DNA of 32,000 bases from Alkanindiges illinoisensis DSM 15370 (GCF_000619845.1 NZ_JHUX01000011.1:19157-51156); one strand, 5' to 3'; shown: positions 1 to 8,843, counted from the first letter of the stretch. Made by a program: numbers and translations. Notes: generated from the sequence alone by a model not told the origin.

Positions 1-236
1 ATATCACTACGTTTCATTGTTCTACCTTAACGCGCATAAATATTAGAGCACCCATCTGCATACTATCAGCATGCAAATCAAGCCATTCAATGGCTATGGA
101 TACTCACGTTATTGTTAATTACCTTAACACGCCCAACCCGGCCTATAAAAAGCCGCTTGGTTTTAATATGTAGCAGTACAAAGACCACCTATAAAGCCCA
201 ATAAACCTTGCTGTTTTTGGTGTGGTTACCTCAATG

Positions 237-1063
237 TTATTCTTGTGCGTGTAGTAACTGCGAAAATAACTGATTTAAGCGGGCAAGTGCGATAGGTTCC
301 ATATCCTGTGCCGGCATCACCTGCTGTAACCGCGCCAATTCGGCCTTAATCCATTGCTGTAACACGGGAATCGCTGGCTGTACTTCAGCCTCACCATGCT
401 GGCGCTTTTGTACCAGTAAGGCATCAATCGCCTGTTGCACGGAAGTCTCATTTAATACCTGACGCAGCCGTTCAAACTCAATCGGTGCAACGCCGCCAAA
501 CTGTTCAATCCAGCGTACTGCCAGCAGCGGACGCAGTACATATAAGTATTTTTTCAGCCTGACCTGCTCTCCTTGCAAGAATTGTTGAAAATTGAAACTG
601 GCAGTGCTGCGATAATGATAAAACCCACGTGCCTTATTGTAGTGCTGTGCAAGCAACTGTCGCGCCTGAACTGCATAACTACCCTGCTCACGATAAATAA
701 TGGGTGAATTTAACCATTCCACAATGGCCGGATTGCTTTTGGCTTGTAAGCGCAGTGCCTTACGCAAATCCCAACCATTGATATCGATTTCGTCAACAAT
801 AGGATATTCAATCACATCGCGGCGATCTTCCACATGAGCGATATATCGCGTAAGTCAAATACCAGTCCTGTGAGCAGAGATAAACAAAACGTACGTCCCT
901 TTTACCAATAAAGTGTGCTATCAGGCGAATGAAAGCCTCAGGCACGGCTACCTGATTCAATGGCATACAGAATTTTGACCTCATGTTTCTATTCAGCACG
1001 CAAAAGCCGCTGTTGAATTTCTTGATGCGCTGCTGCTGAGATGACAGGATGAAAATCTGTCAT
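237..1063 (-). pseudogene. Decayed nucleotidyltransferase-family gene (PF10127-like 'predicted nucleotidyltransferase')
   Basis: Reading the minus strand from the ATG at 1063 gives MTDFHPVISAAAHQEIQQRLLRAE, then an in-frame TAG (989-991). It continues KHEVKILYAIESGSRA, then an in-frame TGA (938-940) where homologues have Trp, then GFHSPDS. The family motif continues in a second frame (DVRFVYLCSQDWYL, which is tracked ORF 808-999). A third frame carries HVEDRRDVIEYPI... through the intact 198-aa ORF 237-833. That is two premature stops plus two frameshifts in the 5' ~230 nt. Confidence 0.7.
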
Positions 1064-1086
1064 GTGTTATCCCAAACAATGATTAA

Positions 1087-1425
1087 AATAAATTCAAAAT
1101 AAAATATTTAAATTTAAACCAGAACTTTTGAATTCAAATTTTTTATACCCAGACATAATTTTTGAATTCAAAAATTTAAATTCATTTTGTGGCAGCAACT
1201 TTAAATTCAAATTTTATAGTTTTAAATTCATAATTCTTGGCTAAAAGCCGATTTTTTAGTAATGCCCATAGGCTCACAGTATAAAAAAATGAATTCAAAA
1301 GTTTAAATTTAAAACTTTGAATTCATTTCTAGTTCCCGCTTTTTAGCTAGTCAGACTTATCCACAATCTGTTAATTTTAACAGCTTTAGAATTTGAATTT
1401 GAAAATAAGGACTTTTAAATTCAAA
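1087..1425. repeat. Array of ~10 copies of the A+T-rich palindromic 12-mer TTTRAATTCAWW, plus 2 copies of TTTAAATTTAAA
   Basis: Exact palindrome TTTGAATTCAAA at 1127-1138 and 1161-1172. Variants start at 1087, 1175, 1200, 1221, 1288, 1316, 1392 and 1414. TTTAAATTTAAA at 1107-1118 and 1302-1313. Spacing is irregular. The region is non-coding and strongly A+T-rich. Confidence 0.75.
1357..1365 (+). promoter_or_regulatory. Perfect DnaA box TTATCCACA outside oriC
   Basis: Exact 9/9 match to the consensus DnaA box. It lies inside the A+T-rich repeat locus. Confidence 0.6.
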
Positions 1426-1451
1426 TAAAACCATGAAAAATATTACTGACT

Positions 1452-1460
1452 TGTGGATAA
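1452..1460 (-). promoter_or_regulatory. Perfect DnaA box (TGTGGATAA on the + strand), convergent with the box at 1357
   Basis: Exact 9/9 match on the minus strand, 29 bp upstream of the GFA-family start codon at 1489. Confidence 0.6.
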
Positions 1461-1488
1461 CTACTGATAATTGATCTAAGAGGGCACT

Positions 1489-1884
1489 ATGTATTCTGGA
1501 ACCTGTTTGTGCGGTAGTGTGGCATATCAGATTCATGGCGAAATTGGTGAGGTGGTGATTTGCCATTGCCAGCGTTGCCGCAAAGCCAATGGCAGTGCTT
1601 ATGCGGTGAATGCCCCCATTAAATGTGCAGATTTTGAGTTAGTCAAAGGCGAAACCAGCTTAAAGGAATTTTGTTCAAGCCCCGGTGTACACCGGGTGTT
1701 TTGTGGCAATTGCGGTGCGCCGATTTATAGCAAGCGCGACAATGACCCAGTACATTATCGCTTGCGCTTGGGCACACTAGACACACCACTCACCCATGGC
1801 CCAAGTATGCATATTTTTGCCGCATCCAAAGCCGAATGGAATGTAGTTTGCGATGGCTTGCCACAATATGCAGAACGGCCTTAA
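1489..1884 (+). CDS. GFA-family protein (glutathione-dependent formaldehyde-activating enzyme-like / CENP-V zinc-binding domain)
   Basis: 131-aa ORF with the characteristic Cys pattern: CLCGS, CHCQRCRK and FCGNCGAPI. Confidence 0.8.
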   Translation: MYSGTCLCGSVAYQIHGEIGEVVICHCQRCRKANGSAYAVNAPIKCADFELVKGETSLKEFCSSPGVHRVFCGNCGAPIYSKRDNDPVHYRLRLGTLDTPLTHGPSMHIFAASKAEWNVVCDGLPQYAERP

Positions 1885-1930
1885 TGGCTTTCAAGTCTAG
1901 CGTTTAAAACTGGTTTTGATTAATTTTAGG

Positions 1931-1958
1931 CAAAAAAGAAGGTGGCAGGAGCCACCTT
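1931..1958 (-). terminator. Rho-independent terminator downstream of purK
   Basis: Stem AAGGTGGC (1939-1946) / GCCACCTT (1951-1958) with loop AGGA. On the minus strand it is followed by CTTTTTTG (complement of 1931-1938). Confidence 0.7.
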
Positions 1959-2083
1959 TGAAAGAGGGTTTGGTCGATGTGCCCCATCGAAAGGGTGTAA
2001 CAAACTAAACTAGCCGTTCACGTTACCATTATAAAATGGTAAGACACAAAAACCAAAAAAATTGTCTAACAAGACCGTGTTTT

Positions 2084-3259
2084 TTAGACCTCATCTGCCA
2101 GTGGAATCACCATATCTGCTGTGAGTGCCAATGGTTCTGGCAACAGAGTAGCAAGTTGCTGACACAACTGACTTAACTGGCGGCTGTCTACGGGCATCAG
2201 GGTGATATGACCCAGCTTGCGCCCGGCACGCTCGGTTTTGCCATAGAGATGCAAATGCGCACCTTCCAGCGCCAGAATGTCGGTGCTGCTAGGATGCTGG
2301 CCAATAATATTAACCATCACGGTGGGCTTCACCAATGCCGTTGAACCCAGCGGCAAGCCTGCAACCGCACGCATGTGGTTTTCAAACTGCGAACACACGG
2401 CACCTTCAATGCTCCAGTGCCCGGAATTATGCACCCGTGGTGCCATTTCATTGGCAAACAGGCCCTGTTCAGTCACAAACAGTTCCAGCGTGAGCACGCC
2501 GACATAATTCAAATGATTCAGCAGGCGGGTAATATAATCAGTGGCAATCGGCTGCAAATCCTGACTGTGCGGCGCTGGCACAATCGAATGCGATAAAATG
2601 CCTTGATGGTGATGGTTTTCAGCCAGTGGCCAGGTGCGCACTTCACCATCCTGCCCACGCACTGCAATAATCGACACTTCACGGCTAAAACGCACAAAGC
2701 TTTCGGCAATCAGTGGGGCAGCCTTGCCCAGCTCTGCCCAGGCCTGCTCAATTTGCATTGTTTCACGGATTACAAACTGGCCCTTACCGTCATAGCCACC
2801 AGTTGCGGTTTTTACCACCAAGGGCAAACCCTGTTGTGTGGCAGCGTGTTGCAGGTCGGCCAATGAATGGATGGCTGAATACGGTGCCACGGGAATGCCA
2901 AGCTGGTCAAACAGCGCCTTTTCTGACAACCGATGCTGGGCAATGGCCAGAGCCTGTCGCGGTGGATACAGGGTTTTGTGCTGGGTTAGTGCATCGGCAT
3001 CAGCCAGTGGCGTATTCTCAAACTCAAGGCTAAATACATCCGCACTGTCCATAAAGGTTTGCAGGGCATTGGCTTGTGTGTTGTCAATTACCCGACCTAG
3101 CGCTGCTGACGGGCACTCGCTTCCAGCTTCATAAAAAGTACATTTTACCCCGAGCGGCAACGCAGCCTGTGCCAGCATTCGTCCCAACTGGCCGCCACCA
3201 AAAATACCCACTGTCTTGACCATCGGGGAGTTGCTGCCTAGATTTTTTATGGTTGCCAT
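2084..3259 (-). CDS. purK: N5-carboxyaminoimidazole ribonucleotide synthase
   Basis: ATP-grasp PurK signature (VGIFGGGQLGRML..., ...NEMAPRVHNSGH...). The tracked ORF extends to 3349, but the ATG at 3259 (MATIKNLG...) sits 10 bp after the purE stop and avoids overlapping purE. Confidence 0.9.
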   Translation of the reverse strand: MATIKNLGSNSPMVKTVGIFGGGQLGRMLAQAALPLGVKCTFYEAGSECPSAALGRVIDNTQANALQTFMDSADVFSLEFENTPLADADALTQHKTLYPPRQALAIAQHRLSEKALFDQLGIPVAPYSAIHSLADLQHAATQQGLPLVVKTATGGYDGKGQFVIRETMQIEQAWAELGKAAPLIAESFVRFSREVSIIAVRGQDGEVRTWPLAENHHHQGILSHSIVPAPHSQDLQPIATDYITRLLNHLNYVGVLTLELFVTEQGLFANEMAPRVHNSGHWSIEGAVCSQFENHMRAVAGLPLGSTALVKPTVMVNIIGQHPSSTDILALEGAHLHLYGKTERAGRKLGHITLMPVDSRQLSQLCQQLATLLPEPLALTADMVIPLADEV

Positions 3260-3269
3260 GCTGTCAGCC

Positions 3270-3788
3270 TTATTGCGTTTGACCGGGAATATTGTTGCTG
3301 CTGACTTTCTCAGTTTGGGCCAGCCTGAACTGCTGTACCGCTTCAGCAATGGCCGGGTTGTTTAAGCCCAGAATCTGTGCGGCTAAAATGGCTGCATTGG
3401 TGGCACCAGCCTTGCCAATGGCCAGCGTTCCCACGGCAATGCCTGCCGGCATTTGTACAATAGACAATAGCGAATCCACGCCATTTAAAATGGATGACTG
3501 CACAGGCACGCCCAGCACTGGCAAATCGGTTTTGGCGGCACACATGCCCGGTAAATGCGCTGCGCCACCTGCCCCGGCAATAATCACCTGAATGCCACGC
3601 GCACGTGCTGTTTCAGCATATTCAAACAAACGGTCCGGCGTACGGTGCGCGGACACCACTTCGGCTTCAAACGGCACATTGAGCTGCTTAAGCATGTTGG
3701 CAGTGTGTTCAAGCGTCGCCCAGTCAGACTGAGAGCCCATGATAATTCCAACCAGCGGCGGGTTGGCAGGGTTAACGGACGAGTTCAT
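3270..3788 (-). CDS. purE: N5-carboxyaminoimidazole ribonucleotide mutase
   Basis: [11 protein letters not shown]...AHRTPDRL...[14 protein letters not shown] is the classic PurE signature. The first ATG is at 3788; the tracked ORF begins at a GTG at 3794. Confidence 0.92.
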   Translation of the reverse strand: MNSSVNPANPPLVGIIMGSQSDWATLEHTANMLKQLNVPFEAEVVSAHRTPDRLFEYAETARARGIQVIIAGAGGAAHLPGMCAAKTDLPVLGVPVQSSILNGVDSLLSIVQMPAGIAVGTLAIGKAGATNAAILAAQILGLNNPAIAEAVQQFRLAQTEKVSSNNIPGQTQ

Positions 3789-4221
3789 AAGCACGGCAAT
3801 CCAGAGCGTTTGTTAAAAAAAAGACCGCATATTTTGCCTGAAAAAGCAGCAGCAGCCAAGAAAATTATCAGGTTTTAAGTGCAAATGCATGAAATAGCCG
3901 CCATTAGTGCCAGTTGTGAGCTGCTTCAGTTTATTAAATTGCCAGATTGCTTCACGAGTGGTTTGAAATTGCACAGATATGGGATAAAAATTAACTTATC
4001 AGCCAAAATAACGCACTGTATTTCAAATAATTACATAAGTGCCTCAGCCGGACTGCCAATCAGGGTAGTTCTACACGCTTTCTGCAAACTGTAGAGACGC
4101 CCAGCCGTTATGATGGCTACATCGCGTGATCAAACAGGTTGGTGGTGTGCAAAACCATACGATAACTGCTCCAGAGCTGATCACGTAAAGCCCTCTCAAG
4201 CCATAAATTCAGGAATGAACC

Positions 4222-4611
4222 ATGAAAACGTTATTAAAAACCTTATCGGTAGCAATCTTAAGCGGTGGCATTGCCGTATCTGCCTTCGCTGCCAGCACCA
4301 CACCAGCGAATGCTGACAAAGCACAACAGCGTACCGAACATATGGCCAAAATGCAGGCTCAGCAGGCCGCACTGTTCCAGCAGGCTGATGCCAATAAAGA
4401 TGGCAAGCTGTCCAGCACCGAATTTGCTCGGTTTAATGAACTGAAAAAAGCCGCGTGGGAAGCCCACAAGCAAGAATTTGAAAAGAACCGCTTTGCCCGT
4501 CTGGACAGCAACAAGGATGGCAGCCTGAGCATGGATGAATTAAAAACCGCGCAGGCCAAACGTGCCAGTTTCAAGCATCATCGTGGGAATGCAATGAAAC
4601 CTGCTTTGTAA
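4222..4611 (+). CDS. Secreted EF-hand domain protein (putative periplasmic Ca2+-binding protein)
   Basis: N-terminal signal peptide (MKTLLKTLSVAILSGGIAVSAFA). Two canonical EF-hand loops, DANKDGKLSSTE and DSNKDGSLSMDE. Confidence 0.75.
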   Translation: MKTLLKTLSVAILSGGIAVSAFAASTTPANADKAQQRTEHMAKMQAQQAALFQQADANKDGKLSSTEFARFNELKKAAWEAHKQEFEKNRFARLDSNKDGSLSMDELKTAQAKRASFKHHRGNAMKPAL

Positions 4612-4630
4612 GAAAAAAATAAGCTTACAA

Positions 4631-4665
4631 AAGCGTGATTCTATATAGAATCACGCTTTATTATT
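4631..4665 (+). terminator. Rho-independent terminator of the EF-hand gene
   Basis: Perfect 13-bp stem AAGCGTGATTCTA (4631-4643) / TAGAATCACGCTT (4646-4658), followed by TATTATT. Confidence 0.75.
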
Positions 4666-4730
4666 CCCTCCAACTAAGCTTATGAAATATAATACTAAAA
4701 ATTAATTTCAGGGGGAGTTTTACTATTGAA

Positions 4731-5117
4731 TCATTGTAACTTAATAGGCATTTTTTCAACTTGAATGGCTTTTAGAAAAGTTTCTCCATCTTCTTTTAAA
4801 AAGGGGAAAATATAATCAACACATAATTTTTGACCCGGTTTTAAATCTGTTTCGATATAACTTATTTTTTTATGAAATCGCCCATGAAACATGAATTCCA
4901 GATTTTTATTACTATAAGTTTTCATGTGAATATAAGTAGTAAATTTAATATGTCCTTTAGATTCATCCCTGACTTCATATCTTTCAAAATAGCCACATTC
5001 ATGCTTAGTTTCAGCATTATTTAATTGATATTTAGTGACTTGATAAGTGATGAACTTCCATGTTCCTATCCCAACAATCATTACTATCAAAACAATACCT
5101 ACAAATTTTTTATCCAT
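4731..5117 (-). CDS. Hypothetical membrane-anchored protein (ORFan, A+T-rich)
   Basis: 128-aa ORF with one N-terminal TM helix (FVGIVLIVMIVGIGTWKFI) and a ~100-aa Lys/Glu/Tyr-rich domain. I recognise no family. Its composition is clearly more A+T-rich than the flanking genes. Confidence 0.5.
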   Translation of the reverse strand: MDKKFVGIVLIVMIVGIGTWKFITYQVTKYQLNNAETKHECGYFERYEVRDESKGHIKFTTYIHMKTYSNKNLEFMFHGRFHKKISYIETDLKPGQKLCVDYIFPFLKEDGETFLKAIQVEKMPIKLQ

Positions 5118-5176
5118 AAAATATCCTTATTATTCAATTATTAACTTTGAATTATATAGATTTAAACTAAATCTAA

Positions 5177-5536
5177 TTAAGCACTCATCAGCTGACTTCT
5201 AAACACAAAAAAAACTGCCCCTAACAAACATAAACCTGCCCACAGATAATCCAGCTTAAATGGCTGTTTAAACAGCCACAGCATAAACGGCACAAACACC
5301 AGCAGGGTAATCACTTCCTGCGTGATTTTCATTTGACCCAGGCTCCAGCCCTGTTCATTTAAAAACCGGTTGGCCGGCACCATAAAGGCATATTCCAGCA
5401 AGGCAATCAGCCAGCCGCACAGAATAGCCTGCCACATGGGCGCGTGATGTAAAAACTTCAGGTGACCATACCAGGCCAACGTCATAAAACAGTTGGACAC
5501 CACCAGCAAACACAGCGGAAACCATAAATTTGTCAT
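5177..5536 (-). CDS. DMT-superfamily small membrane protein (DUF486 / PF04342)
   Basis: MTNLWFPLCLLVVSNCFMTLAWYGHLKF... matches the DUF486 N-terminus. Family length (~115-120 aa) favours the ATG at 5536 over the tracked start at 5572. Confidence 0.75.
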   Translation of the reverse strand: MTNLWFPLCLLVVSNCFMTLAWYGHLKFLHHAPMWQAILCGWLIALLEYAFMVPANRFLNEQGWSLGQMKITQEVITLLVFVPFMLWLFKQPFKLDYLWAGLCLLGAVFFVFRSQLMSA

Positions 5537-5718
5537 GGATTTTCTCAAATAGTGCCATGCATTCCTGCTCAATGCAGCGACTGCAATACAGCAGTAAAAG
5601 ACAGGGCTAACAGTATCTTTTTAGCCTAAGCCTTGCTATCGTTCTTGGCAATTTTTAGCAGGCCCATTTTTTAGGCACTCGCCTGCACGCACTGGTTCTG
5701 GCATGGAGAAATACAGCA

Positions 5719-7113
5719 ATGCATCTGCATATTTTGGGGATTTGTGGCACGTTTATGGGTTCACTGGCGCTGCTGGCCCGCGAACTGGGTCACACCGTCA
5801 CCGGATCAGACCAGAATGTTTACCCGCCAATGTCTACCCAGCTGGAAGCTGCTGGCATTGCGCTAATGCAGGGCTATAGCGCCAGTCATTTACAGCCGCA
5901 TCCCGATCTGGTGATTGTGGGAAATGCCATGAAGCGCGGCATTGAGGCCGTAGAATACATGCTGAATGCGGGCCTGCCTTATACCTCTGGCCCACAGTTT
6001 TTATCGGATTATGTGCTGCGTGGCCGTCATGTGCTGGCCGTGGCCGGAACGCATGGCAAAACCACCACCACCACCATGCTGGCATGGATTCTGGATCAGG
6101 CAGGTTTAAATCCGGGCTTTTTGATTGGTGGCGTACCGTTGTGCTTTAGCCACAGTGCGCGTCTTGGTGGTGAGGTAAACGCTGAGAAAAACTACTTTGT
6201 GGTGGAAGCCGATGAATATGATTCGGCGTTTTTTGACAAGCGTTCCAAGTTTGTGCATTACCAGCCACGCACCGCCATTTTAAACAACCTTGAATTTGAT
6301 CATGCTGATATTTTTGATGATCTGGCCGCCATTCAAAAGCAGTTTCATCATCTGGTACGCACGATTCCCAGCCAAGGCCAGATTATTGCCCCGATCACTG
6401 AACGCTATATTGACGAAGTACTGGACATGGGCTGCTGGACGCCAGTACAGCGCACTGCCATTGTTAGCAATGACAGCAACAGTACAGCAACAGACTGGCA
6501 AGCTGAGCTAATCAGCGCCGATGGCAGCCAGTTTAAGGTGATTCATCAGGGTATCGACGCAGGTCACGTGAACTGGAGCATGAGCGGCCAGCATAATGTG
6601 TCCAATGGCTTGGCCGCCATTGCAGCAGCCTATCATGTTGGGGTTAGCCCACAGGTCGCCTGTGATGCATTGTCAAATTTTGCAGGTATCAAGCGCCGGA
6701 TGGAGCTGCTAGCGACCATTGATGGCATTGAGGTCTATGATGACTTTGCCCATCATCCGACTGCCATTGAAACCACGCTGGATGGCGCACGCAAAAAAAT
6801 TGGCCAGCGCAAACTGTGGGCCATTATCGAGCCGCGTTCCAACACCATGCGCATGGGCAGCCACAAGGATAATCTGGCACATTCTGCCCGCATGGCCGAT
6901 GAAGTGATCTGGTATCAGCCAGAAGGACTGGACTGGGATTTATCCCCAGTGATTGCTGCATCATCCAATTCAGCCACCATTTCCCAGCAACTGGAGCAAA
7001 TTATTGGCCGTATTCAGCAAGAAGCGCAGTCTGGCGATGCCGTGGTGATTATGTCGAATGGCGGTTTTGGTGGCCTGCACCAGAAAATTATTGCTGCACT
7101 AAAGACCAGATAA
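5719..7113 (+). CDS. mpl: UDP-N-acetylmuramate:L-alanyl-gamma-D-glutamyl-meso-diaminopimelate ligase (murein peptide ligase)
   Basis: MHLHILGICGTFMGSLALLARELGH.VTGSD.NVYPPMSTQL and AGTHGKTTTT closely parallel E. coli Mpl. GGAGAA RBS at 5705-5710. Confidence 0.92.
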   Translation: MHLHILGICGTFMGSLALLARELGHTVTGSDQNVYPPMSTQLEAAGIALMQGYSASHLQPHPDLVIVGNAMKRGIEAVEYMLNAGLPYTSGPQFLSDYVLRGRHVLAVAGTHGKTTTTTMLAWILDQAGLNPGFLIGGVPLCFSHSARLGGEVNAEKNYFVVEADEYDSAFFDKRSKFVHYQPRTAILNNLEFDHADIFDDLAAIQKQFHHLVRTIPSQGQIIAPITERYIDEVLDMGCWTPVQRTAIVSNDSNSTATDWQAELISADGSQFKVIHQGIDAGHVNWSMSGQHNVSNGLAAIAAAYHVGVSPQVACDALSNFAGIKRRMELLATIDGIEVYDDFAHHPTAIETTLDGARKKIGQRKLWAIIEPRSNTMRMGSHKDNLAHSARMADEVIWYQPEGLDWDLSPVIAASSNSATISQQLEQIIGRIQQEAQSGDAVVIMSNGGFGGLHQKIIAALKTR

Positions 7114-7130
7114 GTCATTATTACCCCATA

Positions 7131-7169
7131 AAAAAGCCAGCCATTGCTTGATGACGGCTGGCTTTTTTT
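7131..7169 (+). terminator. Rho-independent terminator of mpl
   Basis: Stem AAAAGCCAGCC (7131-7141) / GGCTGGCTTTT (7156-7166) running into a T7 tract. Confidence 0.8.
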
Positions 7170-7426
7170 ATGATTATTGATATGCCAAGTCGCTATTGCT
7201 GGGGATATCGCTAGGGATGTTTCTTACTACCTAATCACACTGCTCTCAGCAAAATGCGCAACTTGCTGACTGGTTAAGCCAGCTTTTTCCCGCGCAAAAC
7301 AGTGATGCGGACGTGTATCATTGGCATGGTTTAACCAAAAAAACCGGCATTGATTGGTGCAGGGTGAACCATCAGAAATTGTATTTGTCAGAACATCGGC
7401 GCGATGGCGCTGCGAAGAGGAACTTT

Positions 7427-8773
7427 ATGACTGCCCCTCACTCCAACCCACGCGGGCTTGATGGCTTTTTTGGCATCAGTGCACGCGGCAGCAATGTCCG
7501 GCAGGAAATTATTGCTGGTCTTACCACCTTTCTGGCCATGGTGTACTCGGTCATTGTGGTGCCAGGCATGCTGGCCAAGGCCGGTTTTCCGCCGGAACTG
7601 GTGTTTGTTGCCACTTGTCTGGTTGCTGGTTTTGGCTCCCTGCTGATTGGCTTTTGGGCCAATGTGCCGATGGCAATTGGCTGCGCCATTTCACTCACCG
7701 CATTTACTGCTTTTAGTCTGGTGCTGGGCCAGCAGGTGAGTATTCCAGTGGCGCTGGGTGCGGTATTTTTAATGGGTATTTTGTTTACCCTGATTTCAGT
7801 GACGGGTATTCGCACCTGGATTTTAAAAAATCTGCCAATGGATATTGCCCATGGTATTGGCGTGGGCATTGGCCTGTTTTTGTTTTTAATTGCAGCCAGC
7901 GGTGTTGGCTTGATTATCAAGAATCCCAATGAAGGCCTGCCAATTAGTCTGGGCCAGTTGACCTCGTTTCCTGTGCTCATGGCGCTGTTGGGGCTTGCTG
8001 TCACCATCGGCCTTGAGCGCCTGAAAGTCCCGGGCGCAATTTTGCTGGTGATCATTGCCATTTCCATTTTAGGCCTGATTTTTGATCCAGCGGTGAAGTT
8101 TCAGGGCCTGTTTGCCATGCCCAGCCTGACCGACACTACGGGTCATTCACTGCTGTTTAGTCTGGATATTGTGGGCGCACTGGACCCAAAAATTCTGCCC
8201 ACAGTGTTTGCACTGGTGATGACGGCCATTTTTGATGCCACGGGCACCATTCGTGCGGTGGCAGGGCAAGCCAACCTGATTGATCAGGACGGGCAAATTA
8301 TTAATGGCAAGCGTGCGCTGACCTCAGATTCCGTGAGCAGCATTGCCTCTGGTTTACTCGGTACAGCCCCTGCTGCCGTGTATATTGAATCTGCTGCTGG
8401 CACTGCCGCAGGGGGCAAAACCGGCCTGACTGCCATTGTGGTAGGCCTGTTGTTCCTGCTGATCCTGTTTTTATCGCCACTGGCCTATCTGGTGCCTGAA
8501 TACGCCACCGCACCTGCGCTCATGTATGTAGGTCTGCTGATGCTCAGCAACGTGAGCAAGATCAATTTTGCCGACTTTGTTGGGGCCATGTCCGGCCTGA
8601 TTTGTGCAGTGTTTATCGTGCTCACCTGCAATATTGTGACTGGCATCATGCTGGGCTTTAGTGCGCTGGTGATTGGTCGCCTGTTTGCTGGCGAATGGCG
8701 CAAGCTGAATATCGGCACCGTCACCATTGCCATTATCCTGGCCGCGTTTTATATCGGTGGCTGGGCAATTTAA
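7427..8773 (+). CDS. NCS2/AzgA-family purine permease (guanine/hypoxanthine or adenine type)
   Basis: [35 protein letters not shown]...[17 protein letters not shown]...[10 protein letters not shown] resembles the E. coli GhxP/GhxQ/AdeP group. The ATG at 7427 is preceded by GAAGAGG; the tracked 7313 start adds 38 non-homologous residues. Confidence 0.88.
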   Translation: MTAPHSNPRGLDGFFGISARGSNVRQEIIAGLTTFLAMVYSVIVVPGMLAKAGFPPELVFVATCLVAGFGSLLIGFWANVPMAIGCAISLTAFTAFSLVLGQQVSIPVALGAVFLMGILFTLISVTGIRTWILKNLPMDIAHGIGVGIGLFLFLIAASGVGLIIKNPNEGLPISLGQLTSFPVLMALLGLAVTIGLERLKVPGAILLVIIAISILGLIFDPAVKFQGLFAMPSLTDTTGHSLLFSLDIVGALDPKILPTVFALVMTAIFDATGTIRAVAGQANLIDQDGQIINGKRALTSDSVSSIASGLLGTAPAAVYIESAAGTAAGGKTGLTAIVVGLLFLLILFLSPLAYLVPEYATAPALMYVGLLMLSNVSKINFADFVGAMSGLICAVFIVLTCNIVTGIMLGFSALVIGRLFAGEWRKLNIGTVTIAIILAAFYIGGWAI

Positions 8774-8795
8774 TTATCTGGCCTGTCCCTGTTCC

Positions 8796-8843
8796 ACCGT
8801 GCGTTAAATTTGCCAATCGGTAATTTTGGCGCACGGTTTTTTA
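8796..8843 (+). terminator. Probable terminator of the permease gene
   Basis: Stem ACCGTGCG (8796-8803) / CGCACGGT (8830-8837) followed by TTTTTTA. The 26-nt loop is long, which lowers confidence. Confidence 0.5.

Noticed and set aside
808-999. 63-aa ORF treated as an independent gene.
   Set aside because: It is the out-of-frame middle fragment (DVRFVYLCSQDWYL) of the nucleotidyltransferase pseudogene at 237-1063.
1064-1488. The A+T-rich repeat region as a CRISPR array, or as plasmid-type iterons or a mobile element end.
   Set aside because: The repeats are only about 12 bp, irregularly spaced (14-67 bp), partly overlapping and palindromic. There are no uniform spacers and no cas, rep or transposase gene nearby. 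It is kept as a regulatory or origin-related candidate instead.
3260-3349. N-terminal extension of purK (tracked start 3349) overlapping the purE 3' end. Similar long-start versions exist for the permease (7313), yidC (13511), dnaA (15206), erpA (27040), the DUF486 gene (5572) and the DUF4142 gene (9611).
   Set aside because: The extensions lack homology to the families. Internal ATGs with a better RBS or better spacing match the conserved N-termini.
3879-4316. ORFs 3879-4094(+) and 4110-4316(+) in the purE / EF-hand intergenic region.
   Set aside because: They have no RBS and no recognisable domains. The second overlaps the start of the well-supported EF-hand gene out of frame. The region is more likely divergent promoter DNA.
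7170-7426. Possible purine or ZTP riboswitch in the ~250-nt leader of the purine permease gene.
   Set aside because: I could not find the conserved purine-riboswitch junction or loop sequences, the ZTP (pfl) motif, or a convincing terminator/antiterminator pair. A covariance-model scan (Rfam/Infernal) would be needed to say more.
7438-8067. Long antisense ORFs inside well-supported genes: 7438-8067(-) in the permease, 11183-11635(+) and 10814-11182(+) in mnmE, 12780-13283(+) in yidC, 16012-16395(-) in dnaA, 19126-19503(-) and 20037-20369(-) in gyrB, 22867-23238(+) and 23502-23870(+) in the ABC-F gene, and 2603-3134(+) in purK.
   Set aside because: All lie fully within, and antisense to, genes with strong family signatures. 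Their translations are low-complexity (Arg/Ser/Pro/Cys-rich), with no recognisable domains or RBS. These are typical shadow ORFs.
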